From Chrysomallon squamiferum (lineage: Eukaryota; Animalia; Mollusca), in contig CM022679.1 of assembly GCA_012295275.1 (NCBI GenBank), positions 7,626,001-7,690,000 on the forward strand: a DNA stretch of 64,000 nucleotides. The letters are read 5' to 3'. The position numbers were made by a program, and so were the translations under genes. Of this stretch, positions 25,701 to 39,900 are shown piece after piece. The first letter of the stretch is position 1, and each line of letters opens with the position of its first letter. The notes below the pieces were generated by a model. It was given only the letters and a program-made list of their open reading frames with translations. It made no database searches and was not told the origin of the DNA.

Positions 25701-28700
25701 TAATAATAAAGGCAGAATGAATGAATGCATGAGGTTTTATTTTTACTTTCACTTTTTTGTAAATGGTCATGTTGTTGGGTTTTTTTAATTTTATTTCAAC
25801 TGTGGAGTTTTCTCTCCAAAACACAAAATATCATTAAACATTTTTATTGTACTGGACTTAACGAACAAAACTACCTGCTTATTAACATGGTCTTTATTCT
25901 TTCTTGTAGCTATGTTCATAATTCTAGGATCCACAGGATTGCCCATCAGACTGAGTCCTAGGAGAGGGATGACAACCAGGAGGAGCCAGAGGACGTGTCT
26001 GCTGGCCAGTATGGGTGGCAGGAGAAAAATACTGGCGAGCATTTGAGCAAGAGAGATGGACAGATTGAAACACAGCATCAGATAAAAACAGTTCCTCATA
26101 GCAAAGGTGAAGTGACGAGCCTGAAAGTAAATTTTGTTTTAAAAACATTTTAATAAAAATATGTAGAATAAAGAAAACAATTGTGGGATAGAGATGGAAA
26201 ACAAGGAATATAGGAATATAGAAGAATGAGATACATTATTAGAAAATCAGAAAAACAATAATACACTAATTTTGACTTTTTGGAATTCTTGTTAATTTTA
26301 GTACTCAATATATTATTGAAATAATTATTTAAAAAGACCTGGATTGTAAACTAAAAAAAAATAAATAATAAATTAATAACAATATAAATAACAAAATGGA
26401 AATATAAATTCAGAACAGATTATAAACACAGAATGAAATCAATTAACAAAGAAATTTTTTTAAATATTAATCAAATACCACCATGTGAAAAAAGAATAAA
26501 ATAAAATTAAAAAAAAAAAAATGACTATCTGTTTCAAAACTACATTAATATCCAGAAATTACAATCACCTACCTTATTATCTGTTTATAATTAATATCCA
26601 AAAATCTCTCATTATCTGTTTTAAATGATAATTCCGGAAAAGACTGAGTCTGTATTTTTAATAACACACCCACCTCTGCAATGAGCTGAACGAGACACAC
26701 ATTGTCTCTGTGTCTGAAGGAGATGGGACAAGGTATACTGAGTAGGGTGGTGGCCAGGTGGTTGGGTTTGATGCATTCGATGCTGGACACTTCAGATGGT
26801 ACAACATGCTTGGCACACAGCTGAGGAAACAGTGGTTCAATTCCAAAACTAGAAAAACAAAAATAAAATGTTTTTTTCTTTTTTAACCGACTGAATCAAA
26901 TTTCTGTGTAAATAGAATAGTGAAGAATGAGAATTAATTATGTATGGATTAATGATATTAAATGATGATGATGATGACATGGAAAAGAAACCTACCTGCA
27001 GTCAGCCTGTAAGAAAATTGGAGTGTTCTTCATGTTCATAGAACTGCCCAGACAGAGCACAACTTCACCGTATTCCTGCAGTATTTTCATCATCTCCTTG
27101 GTGGCTAAATAACACAACACAGAGAAACATAATTATACTGTGTAGTGTTTATATGACATGTATACACTCCTGTGTATCAATATATATCAATCCCAGCATT
27201 CATAAAAGACACACAGACACACACACATTGTCTCTCTCTCACACTCACACACTCATTTATGACATTTTAAAATTAACTGGTTTTTAAAGAATCTCCTTTT
27301 TTCATGATTATTTCCATTGTTGTTCTTGTTGTTCTTGTTGTTAATATTTTAAGGGTTTTATAGTTTATTTTGTTTCAAGGTTTTTTGGGGAGGGTTTTGT
27401 TTGTTTTTGCTTTTAAATTAACAAAACTGTGAAAAAAAAGTCAACCAAATTCCTAAATGCATTACATAGAAAGAAGCTGACGTATCTAACAAAACAATTT
27501 TATGACTATTACGTGTCTGTAACTCACTCTCAGGGGTGCAGTCTGTGAACAAATTGACCAGTAAAGGAACGTTATCAACACTTTTCAGATGAGGTCGAAT
27601 GTTCTCAATACCACGAGGTAATTTGGCCTGAAAATAAAACAATTTTTTTAATAACTGTATATATGATATAATTCACCTTTTGTTACAATTCTGAGAAAAA
27701 ATCATAATAATACGCTTAGAACACAGTGTTTTATTGCCTAAAGTGTCTACAGGAAGCAATTAATTAATTAAAATCACTTTTGATTATAGTTTTAGGATAT
27801 TTTGTAAAACTGGTCAACACTTTGAAAACTAAATGACATAATGCTTAAATACTAACAAAAAGAAGGCTTACAGTAGTACATAAATAAAGAAACCGTACCA
27901 CATTATCGAGTGCGCCAGTCAAACTATCTGTGTTATCGGTAACATAGCTGGACGTGTAGCGACTATCAGACTGGAAGTCAACATCACCATCACCATCACC
28001 ATCACCATCAGCATCATCCTCAGTACTAGAACTCCAGCCTCTCTTCCTCTCAGGTGCCAACAACCTTCCATCCTCAGCATTACCTGTCTTGTCGTCAGAA
28101 TAGAAAACAGTTGAGTTGTCAAGTGATTTCTCGGGTAACAACTGTTTCATCTCAAATCTGACCTGAGGTTCGTCCACGTTGATCATGCTGGGTGCACTGA
28201 TGCTGCGAGGGACCTGGATGTCGATGATGATGTTCCTAATGCTGTTCTGTGGATCTGGAACTAAGTGCTGACTGGAGGTGTGAGAGGGCAGCTGTGATGT
28301 GTCTCCTGCCACGTTGCCGTCTGCTGCTTTTCCTTCGTTGGAAAGAAGTGACACGTGACAGTTCCACCCGGCCTCCAGACCCATCTTCTCAGAAAATACC
28401 TGGAAAAAAAATTTTAGCTTTTTTTATTAAATTTTTTCAAATATTATGTTCATGTGGAATTATTTTTTTTTTTTTTTTTTTTTCCACCAAAAATATTTTA
28501 AAAAGAAAAATTAAATTTAATACCATAACAAAAAAGATTCACAAAATTTATTAATATTCAAATATAATTAAACTTTGTATTATTATTATATTTTTCTTTT
28601 GTTGTTGTTGTTGCTTTAATATACTAACAATATAAAAAAGGTGATTATTATGTCCTTAGTATGTTCTCAACAGAAAATAATTTTCAAAAGAACACAAAAA

Positions 28701-29498
28701 TAAAAATAAAAATGTTAATTTTACAATATTTTACTACAACAAAGTCTGTTAGATACAAAATTAGAAACAACTTTATACAAAAAGAAATATTTAAAATGAT
28801 TTACCCGACTTCGAAGTTCGTTTTCTTTAGAGAAGTGAACAAATCTGATACATGCACTCTCCAGTTTATCGATAAGCTGTACTATGTCCTGAAACAGTAC
28901 AGTTTAAAAATACATATTATTCTTTTCATTTTTAAATCATTAAATTTAATCCAATTTTATAAAATGTGCATTTTAAACTATGGATAAGACTAGAAGTAAA
29001 ATGAGAGTAAGCTTTCTTTCAACTGGATGTTTTTGCAAGTTGTCTTTTTTCTTCTATTTTTTTTTTGTTATAAACTGTATTCACTGCTTTTTGATCAGTC
29101 ATTTTCTTAATGGTTGTGGTTGAAATTAATGCTAAACTTAATACTGTAAACTTGATCTCTTAATATTCAGTTAATTTCTTAATTAATCCAGTATCACATA
29201 CCTGTCTTGCTTGATACTGAAGAGTTACCATGCCAATAAAGATCTGATTATTCTGTGTTTCATAGCAACCAGTAACATCATCTATAGAACTGACACTCTC
29301 TGTTTCCATCAGAGAATCAAAACTCAAAGATCTGATATCATTTGTTAACATATCTGATGAAATCACATCCTCTTGTTCAGCATAACTGTGAAAAAAAATA
29401 TATATAGTTAGAAAATAACTCAGCATATATTTTAGAATCAATTAAAACTATATTTTATGATGAATGAATGTATATATGATTATTTTACACCAATGCTT

Positions 29499-29529
<31 letters not shown>

Positions 29530-32500
29530 CTATATCTGTGTGTGTGTGTGTGTAAATACTTTCAGTGAAATTATGACTCTGACATTAAAACATTTAAAAA
29601 GGCTTGAAATTTTTCTTTTACGATGTAGGTCAAATGACACCAATAATAATTATTATTTTTAAATTGTAACATGAATGTTCCATTAGGGATCTAAAACTGT
29701 TTAAATTTAACTGTCAAACTGCTGTATAATGTGATCACCAACAACCCAGGACTACTGCAAGTCAAATTTTTTAATATTTTATATATATATTCTATATTTA
29801 TACACACATGCATGCACAGTATGTATATGTGTTTGAGTGGATGTACATGTACATATTTGGTGTTTATACGTATATGAGAAGGGAGTGTGTCTTTTATTCA
29901 TCTGTGTATCTGTGTGTGTGTGTGTGTGTGTGTGTGTCTGAATGTTTGTGTGTGTATATGTGTGTGTGTATACATATATACATATGTATGTATGTATACA
30001 GAAGGATGTACTCCTGCTGGTATAAACTCTGATCTTACTACTGAGATCTGGCTATGGACAAGGCTGAGCGACTATTGTGGTCAGGCAGCTGAATGTAAAT
30101 GTCTTCTAGAGCAGATCGGATGTTTCGTGACAATGGCCGATATGAAAAGGCAGTGCAGTACGTCGCCATGCTGTTCCGATGATAGAAATCCAGAATCTTT
30201 TTACTGTGAAACAAATGATGATATTATTATATCTACTATAAAAAATAATTATTATTTTTTTTATTATTATTATTTGTTAAAGACAAAAATATACTATATA
30301 AAATAAAGGACAAATTTATATTATCCTTTCAATAATAAAAATAATAAAATTTCAAAATACAGCATTGAACTAAAATACACAAAAATAGGACTAAGATGAA
30401 CTTCTTTTTAAATAACACAAAATATATACATTTCTCAAAATATTATATATTTAATTTTATATTTCTACAAAATAATATTACTGACATATTTAATACAACC
30501 ATGTGTTTAGAATAACTGTTTTAAATTAAAAATGTAACATGGTGAGATCAAAGAGCAAATTTATACAAAAATAAAAACACAACTAATTACCTACCGGTCA
30601 TTTTCTGTAAGTAAGCAGACGTCATTTCCTGTCCAGTAATCAGTACAGCTCTCTAACAAAATGTCTGCTGTCCCTTGTGACAACAACTGTGACATTCCTG
30701 TTAACAAAAATTAACAAAAATATTCAAATGAAAAACAAAATATGCAATATTTTCAAAGTCAGACATCATACAAAAATGTCCCTTATGACGATGATCTCAT
30801 TATGTTACACGAAATACTGACAGACATAGTGTACATACTTCATTAGTTAAGGATGGTAGGTTCAAATTAATTACATAATAAATATTAGTATGTTACAAGT
30901 ATATATCTTAATTCATTCAAAATAAAATAAAATTATACTTCTGTAGTCAGTGATTATAAAAAACATTAATTTAAAAAAGAAAACTTTATATGTATATTTT
31001 AATTTAATCAAAATAAAATTTTATTAGTCATTATCAAAACATTATTAATTTAAAAAACAGAATTTTTTCTTTATATTTAAATTTATTAAAAATAAAATTA
31101 CATCACTGCAGTCTGTTATTACCAAAGCAACATCAATTTAACAGAGTAAAAATAAGAGCTTTGCCTGTAATCTGATCTTTGACTACGACAGACATCATGT
31201 TTGGCATGGGAATCTTGTGCTGTATGAAAGATCGAGCTCTTTGGCTTCTTTCCTTGGCAGCTTCCTCTGCAGGCTGAAAAATAAAACAGTTAATTTAAAA
31301 TGATTAACACTACCAGCTATCAGGTTCACATGTCAATACTCAGCAAGTACTGAGCCAGTATTAAGAATTTTTCATTATGTAATTTTTCAATTTTCTCTAA
31401 TATTCTAACAGAAATATTTTATACCACTCTTTAATAAAATAATATTAAAACTGACTTGAAATATATTAATATTAATACCTTTTTGCAATATAATATTATA
31501 AATACTGCAACAATGCAATATCAGTACCATCCTGTGACATACTGATATAAATATTGTGCTGTAATAATATTAATCCTATCTCATAACATAACAATATATT
31601 TACCATCCTGTAATATATTAATATCAATACTGCCCTCTAACATAATATTAATAATGTCTTATAACATACTAACATTAATACTATCTTGGAACTGACAAAT
31701 GTTAATTTTGATCAGTAGCATGCTTATATTGTCTTGTAACATACTTATATTTTCTTGTAACATACTAATTATTTAGTACCATCTTGTAATATACTAATAT
31801 TTATATTGTAACATACTAATATTAATACCGTCTTATAATAATAATACTATTAATTCTGTCTTATATAGTCAACCAAAGCCATTTGTACCAAGATATGCGT
31901 ACTTAAACCTTCACCTGATGTAACTATTTTAACCTATTAATTTGTTTACTGATTTTAAGCAGAACAAACAAAATTACTTTAAAGACTGAGTTTGCAAGGA
32001 TTGCCTTTTTCTCCCTTCCATATTCAACCAAATGGTATACAATTTTGTTTTTAATACAAAATTAGTAATGCAAACTTTAAATTATGTTCAGTTTTAATTT
32101 TCTAAATATCAGCTCACCACTTGTCTGTACATTCCAAGAATCTCATGATGAGTAAAAGCTTTGACAGCTTTTTCTGAAAAACCAATCTCTCTGGCCAACT
32201 CGCACAGACATCTTAAAATAAAAACATAAAACAGAGTAAAATTAAGCTTAAGAATTTTAATTACCACTTCTAACAACATTTCTCCTTTAATAATTATTTT
32301 GTATGACAGCTTGTTTTATTAATCACATCATCACAATATGCTGTGTATTTTGTAATTCTCTTGGCAACAAATTGACGAAGGATTCAGAATTAGCAAGTTT
32401 CACTTGTAATAAAACAAAACTAAGCATTATGTGATGATTATTCTGGGCAAAAGCATAATGACATAAAATAAAAAATATATATAATAAATTGTATATAAAA

Positions 32501-35500
32501 AAAATAATGATAGAAAATTTTAAAAAACCTATATTTTAAAATTAAGAAAAAGTTTTTAAATATTAAAAAAAACAAAATGTAATAATAAGTTACATGTTCT
32601 GTTACTATTAAAATAAATTAAATAATTGAATTATTACTGATAACAGGCTAACCTGAGAAATTATTATGCACAAAAGCATATGCTGTTAATTACATTATGT
32701 GTTGTTAATTATATTAACTTTAATTAATAAAACTTTTCTGCTACCTTCTGTTAACTACTGCCACAGTTTCCTCTTTCTCCAGAGCTGCACACATCACATG
32801 ATCAGTGAACTGAGTGTACGCTGGCACAGTCGACTGTTCACAGGTATTCAACAATATGTTCAAACCCTGAAATTAATTAATAATATACACCTGTGTGCAT
32901 TTTAATACACCTTTTTTTAACAGTTATACAAGAAAACTTTATGCCATGACTTCATCTATTCCTATCTGTCACCTTAAAAAGGATATTTTTTTATATGAAT
33001 ATTCCCAACATACAGGAAAACACACACCATGGCTTATGATAAACCTAACATAGAGGGCTGTCTGGAATGGGAAACAGTCTAATAAGTAAACTACAGCTCA
33101 CTCAAAACATGTCAAATACTAATAGAATATTTAAAAGACACATACAAATACTTTTTTTTTTCCTGGGATGTTCTTGGAAAGGTCTTTGTTGTTCTTTTTT
33201 ATAAAATAAGGCCAAACTTAAGTTAACTTATTATGTACTTTTTAACTAAGTTTACTTTTAATTTATTTATTTATTTATTTATATTTTTTATTATTATTAT
33301 TTACAAAAGCCTATTATTTAGAAAATATTAACAATTACTTTGCTAAAATTAAAGACAATTTAAAAAGATTCACAGCTAGAAGCTGGGGATAAATGTTTTT
33401 CCCTCTTTCAGTAAATATTTTATTATTTTAATGACTGTATTTCTCTTTTTTTTTAGTTATTTAAAATATTTTTTAAATTAAAAAATAATAATAAAATAAA
33501 ATTTTGATTATAAATTTTTTATTCTTATTAACAAAAGTTCACACATAAAATGAGAATTATCAGTTCATGATCTCCAAATTAGACACTACGTTCTCATTTT
33601 ATTTTTATTTTAATATTTATGTTACTGTGCACTTTTATTTCATTTTTGCAGTTTCATCTCAAAACCACAGACAGAAATAAATAAATAAATAAATAAATGA
33701 AATTTAATTCAGACAGTAAAGAAAAAGAAAAAAGTTATTTCCGAAATGGTTCATTCCATTTACAATAACAGTCAATACAAAATTATCTGGTAATGGACTC
33801 TTCCTTCATCATGACTGTAAATTTATGATCTCTTAATGGAAGAGTTCATATTGTACTAGAGAGTGGAAAGAATCATCTGAACAAATAACATTATTCAGTG
33901 AAATATTATTTATTAATGAAAAAACAAAGTTTGATTTTCATCTCACAAATTAATTGCATATATACTCATATTTGTACTGATATAAAAAAAAAATATTTTT
34001 TTTTTAAAATCGTTAAGTACATGTACTTCTCTGACATTCAGACAAAAGGTCATTAGCTGTTAAAAGTACGTTTCACCTAGCCACATGCTACTGACTCGCA
34101 ACAGTGATGGATGGAGTCTGTATATTAAATAAAGATAGATATAAATGGTATATTTTGTTTAAATAAAAAAGTATCTTAATAGAGTGCTTTTTTCTTCTTG
34201 CTTTTTATTTTTTGTACATGAACATTGAATGACACATTTTGTACATCTGTGTATGTATCAAATATTTGTTATATAGAAATGTTAACTATTTTTTTTTTTT
34301 AAATTCATAAATAAAATTAATTAATTAATTAATTAACTAATTAATTATTTCAAAATCTTACATTTCATCCTGATAGAACATAACCATTATTAAAAAAAAA
34401 ACCCCACCCAAAATGAAATTTATTCACCATAGGTTTTTAACTACTGAAATATATTTATACCTATAGTTTAAGACAAATAGTAAAGTATATTTTAAAAAAA
34501 TAAAAAAAAAAAATAATAATAATAATAATAATAATTCTTTAGCATTGTATTTTTGAAGGCCATGGGGTTAATTATACTGTCATTTAAGCAATCACTTCCT
34601 TGGACTCTTCCAATCCGTACACCCTATAATAAAAATGGAACACACTGGTACATTTAACTGGCAGGTGTTAATACACTGTAACACAACTGCACTTTAGACA
34701 GAAGTGCAAAACACTTTCTGCACCACAAGTTTCAGGATATTACCTTTTTGTACTTCTGTGAGCTTCTGCGCCCTAAGTCTACTGAATTACAGTTACAGTG
34801 ACCTTTGACATGATCAATAAACCCTGCAAGTCATCCCTGTCTGCCTCAGCATGTGAAGAGATTTTTATTAGCTCAATTATTTGGCTCTGCATCGGACTGT
34901 TACTACTGTTAAAGCAGCATACTGTGATGTTCATAAGTGGAAATTTGGAAATAATAATAATAACTATTTTTGTTTATTATTATTATTTATAATAATAATT
35001 GTTTTGTTTTTTTATTTATTTATTTATAAAAATAATTGTATTTTTTTTTAAAATAAAAATTTAATATAAAAGAAATTATTTTGTTTTTGAGAAAGATTTT
35101 TTATGTTAATTAATGAAAAAAAAAAAAATTAAAAATTAAAATCCTGCTTTTAAAAAAAAAAGTTATATATGTATAACTTTAAAAAAAAGATTTTAATTTT
35201 TATGTGACTTTTTTTCATTAATTAATATAAAAAATCTGTCACAAAAACAAAATAATTTCTTTTAATTTGTATTTTTTTTAAAAAAAATCAGTTAAAAAAC
35301 ATCATAACTTAAGAAAGTAATGGTTTCTTTAAATTGTATTGTGTAATTATTTTATAACTTACCAGTGGCTTCAAAGATGTTACATGCTTTTTCCAAGTTG
35401 GATCATCAAAATGCAGTCCAAAGGCATTCTGAAAATAAAAAATTACATTAAAAAATTGTGTAAATATTTATAAAAGAAAGCCAATATTTTATTTTGTGGT

Positions 35501-35731
35501 GTAATCAATATTTGGTCAAGAATCACAACAAATAGTAAGATATTTTTTTACTATACAAGTTATTTATACAAGTTTAATTCTAACACCAAATATTTATCAT
35601 ATGATCCAAAATAGCCCTCTATACCTGAAACTGAATTTAATAATATACTAAATATTATATATTATACACACACACAATTTATGATTTGTTTGGTTAAATA
35701 CATACATATTGTTTATTTCATCCTTTATAAA

Positions 35732-35770
<39 letters not shown>

Positions 35771-36886
35771 TTATGAATGACACAAGGAATAAATAATCAC
35801 CTTTTACAATTAATTCTATTCAACACTTAGACTGCATCATTTTTATTAAATTAAAATTTAATTTCTTCTGAACCCACATAAGAATCAATAACACATTGTT
35901 TCATTACTTTTGTCAGTAAATTTAAATTATTTAATGTATTCTAGCCAGTCATCAACAGATAAAAAAAATAATTTAAAATTCTGTTTTTTTTAAATCTACA
36001 TTTGCACTGAGAATTATTATTATTTTATTAATATTTTTTTTTATTTTATTTTTTATTTTTTTTTTTTTTTTTAAACTTTAAAACTAAAAGAGATTGACTC
36101 ATTCCATCCATGATTGTTATTAAATAATTTGTATTTTTAATTCTTTTCTGCTATGTACATATATATATATATATATATATTCTGATTTTCTGATACATAC
36201 AACAGTTGACTGTCACTTGATTATCTATATATAGATAGACTGATATAGATATAGATATAGATATCAGTTTAAACATTATCAGACACAATATAAATATCGT
36301 AAAAAAAAAAGAGGAAGTAAATCAGTTATTACAACATTTAATTATACAGTAATAACTGATAAATATAATGCATAGTGGTCATAAACACAATTCTGCAATA
36401 TCACTGAAACATTTTGTTATTTGAGAATTTAACTGTGCAGGGAAAAAAAAAAAAAAAAAAAACATTCTTTACTGAAAGCATATAGTACTGCAGAAACAGT
36501 TTGTTAGAGAATAATATTGATTCATATTATGATATAAGTATGTGGCAAGATGACATTCTGTTGTACTAGATGAGGTTAAGATGATAATAAATAGTTATTT
36601 ACAGCATAAACAAGATTTTACACAATGAAGATAAATACTGTGTAAATATTCCAGAATTTAGTGTATAAAGTGCAAGTTAATATTTACACTATCTGGCAAA
36701 GAAAAAAAAAATGGTTAATTTAAATCAGAAAATAGAATTAATGTTAATAATAATAACTGTCTTATTGGAGAGAATAATAAAAATAATTAAATAAATAAAA
36801 CATTATTATTATCATTTTTTAAAATACTTTTAAATGTATACAATTTATTAAATGCAGCATAGCAATTTACAAAAAAATATTTAGAA

Positions 36887-36931
<45 letters not shown>

Positions 36932-39900
36932 GGAAACAAACATACTAATACATTCAGTCTATAACACTAAATACACAAACATATTTTATTTACTCTCTCT
37001 CTTTCACACTCACAAACAAAGGTCACCCAATAATACACCACTATTATATTAATATATTTTAATAAACACACACACACACAAATGCCTATCCTATATTACT
37101 AGAAGAGTCTAAATTCAGTATCAAGCAGAGTTCAGTTACACTGATGACACTGTGAACTTGAGCTGAACCTGCCTCCCTCCCCCTCACACTCTGTCATGGG
37201 TCAGGCCAGCTAGTACCAAGTGCACTAACATGTCCCGGATTGAGTGGGCTGTTGTCCTCCGGTGACTTCACTTGACCCTTGATTTGACCTCACTAAGGTA
37301 AACTGTCTGCATGGCTCAACTGTACTGGGAGTGGAAAATTAGCTGAGCAAACTGTGACATTAATAATATTAATATAACAATAATGGGCTTTACCCAAACA
37401 CAGTGGAATCACCCACTGTTTTATTGCCTGTAATTCTTTACAATTGTTTTATACACTTGAATATCCATCCATATATAAAGATGGATAGACAGGAATAGAC
37501 ATACACGTATTTTTGATTTCTTTGGTTTGTATACAGATTCATTGTGGGGGGTCCATTTTTTTTTTTTCATTTCATTTGATGCAACTGGGATGGCATTAGA
37601 ATTCTGTTTTTCATTTTGTATATTTAAAATAATGCAGTATTAAGAAAGATATTAAAATTATAAAATATATTCTTTCTTTTTATTTTATATTAAATTGCAC
37701 ACTTCTACAACTTAAAATTAAAAAAAAATATATATATTTAATGAATAATTTATTCAATCATATATAAGCAGAATTAGGACTTAACATAAAAAGCACAAAC
37801 TTGTTTTTATAAAATTAGCATTCATATTTCTAAATAATTGTAATCTTTAATTTACTTTTACTTTGTTTTTAATAATCCTGATAACTTTTCTGTAAAAAAA
37901 AAAACATATATATATATATATATATAATGAAAAGATAACATTTGAATTTTCTGATTAATATATGATGAAAACAGCAAAGGAGATCAATGCTTCTGAATCA
38001 TAAGCAGCTGGGAAAATGAATTATGTAGCATAGCATATTGAAAAAAAAAACCACATTAAAATTTAATGAAATATGGTAAAGCAGAAAATATTTTAAATGC
38101 ATCATGGGATAAAAAATTCAATGCCGAGCACAATATGGAAAACCTTAAACTTTTAAAGTTTCGGTAAGAAGAAGAACTAAATTAACATTAGTTGAATTTT
38201 TTCAAAATGTAAAACAAACAAATTAAAACTGATAACATTTGTCAATAAACTGTTTTTAAAAACAGACACAAAAGAACAAAAAACATATTTTGAAAATGTA
38301 AAATTTAAAATTATATCAAAGCATAAATTATGTAAAATTATATAAAATGTTGTACTGAAGATTTCAATTAATTTTTTTTTTTTTTTCAGTTTTTCCATGA
38401 AAAATAACTTTATCAGAATCAGTGGCATAACAAACATGTTCCATTTTGTTCAGGACACAATTTTATTCTATTTTATATTTTATTTTACTATTTTCTAAAT
38501 TGTGACTGAACACTTTATATTTGTAACCCTCAAAGATGTTGGAAAGTAGAAATATCAAAAAATAAAAAATAATAATAATAATAATAAATAAATAAAAATG
38601 TAGTAAATAAGATAATAATTTTAAGGATAAATACAATAATAAACTTGAGCACAAATGTATCTCATTAATATCAAATTTAAAAAAAGAACTATTCTGAATA
38701 ACAAAATTTAAATTAAACTGATTTTTCTCTTAAGAAATGACTGTGAAGGGAGAGGTTTAAAGGGAAGATAATTATGTGCAATAACATACAATCAGTCACT
38801 GTTCATTATTATTATTTATTTATTTATTTATTTATTTCTGGTGTTGTTTTTGCTGTTTTCCAGAGTCTGTTAGTATATATCAGATGACTAATGATCTAGT
38901 CTAAAAAAAGAAGCTCATTGTTTTCATGCTGTTATTTATTTAATCAGCAGCAGAAGATTTTTTGTTTGAAGTTTCCAAGAACCATCAATATGCATACCAC
39001 AACCACCATCATAACATTTCACTAACCCTGGACTATATTTCACTAATTACACCTACCAGTTCTCTAAAAAAAAAAATTTAATTGCTTATGACCATAATAT
39101 GTATTTTCTGTTTTCTAGGTTCTTATGACTATAAAATGTTTTATGTTTTGAATTTACAAAACTGATTTTTGATCATATCAAGTTATTTGGATTCTCCATT
39201 GACTGAAAAGTTCATTTCTTTTATTTTTAATACTGTGTTATTTATTATTTCTTTTTTGTCATAAATGTACACTGTACAGTTTAATGTGTGTCTTATTTCA
39301 TTTTAATATAATCTTTATACTGATGACCTGTCTAGAAAAAAAATCAAGGTGAGGATAGGCATCATTAAAATTATTAATTAATTCTTGTCATATACATATG
39401 AAACCTTTTTAAAAAAACAAAATGCAAGGGTTAATTAATTCTTATGATGTCAATGTAAAAAAAAATTAAAAATTAAAATCTGATTAATTCATCCTTGTCA
39501 TATTCAGGTGAACAAGTTCTGAAAACAAATTAATGATTTTAAATGTTTCATTAATTAATTACTGTCATATTCATATACGTGAACATTTTAAAAACAAATA
39601 AATTCTGTAATAATATTTAAAAAAACAAAAAAAAACCTCACCATGAAGTTAATTTCTAGAAATGTCTTCAATGCAAGACAGATGAGAACAGAAACAGCAG
39701 GAACAGAAATAGCCATTTAATTACAAACACTGGCAGATCCAACAATGAAACCATGATACCAAGGATGCATAAATATAAATCTATTCTATTTAACTGTTAT
39801 TTGTTTTTACATGCATGACAGACAATGTTTATTTTATTATTATTATGAAATATTGTTTCTGAAATAAAAATATTTTTTACTAAAATGATTTCAAAATTAC

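Noticed and set aside
34744-34792. Cassette exon in intron 12 ending AAG|gtaata
   Set aside because: Available acceptors give lengths not divisible by three or immediate stops, and the pyrimidine tract is poor.
39057-39063. 7-nt tag|AGAACTG|gtaggt micro-exon
   Set aside because: Frame-shifting, and the acceptor is just a poly-T run.
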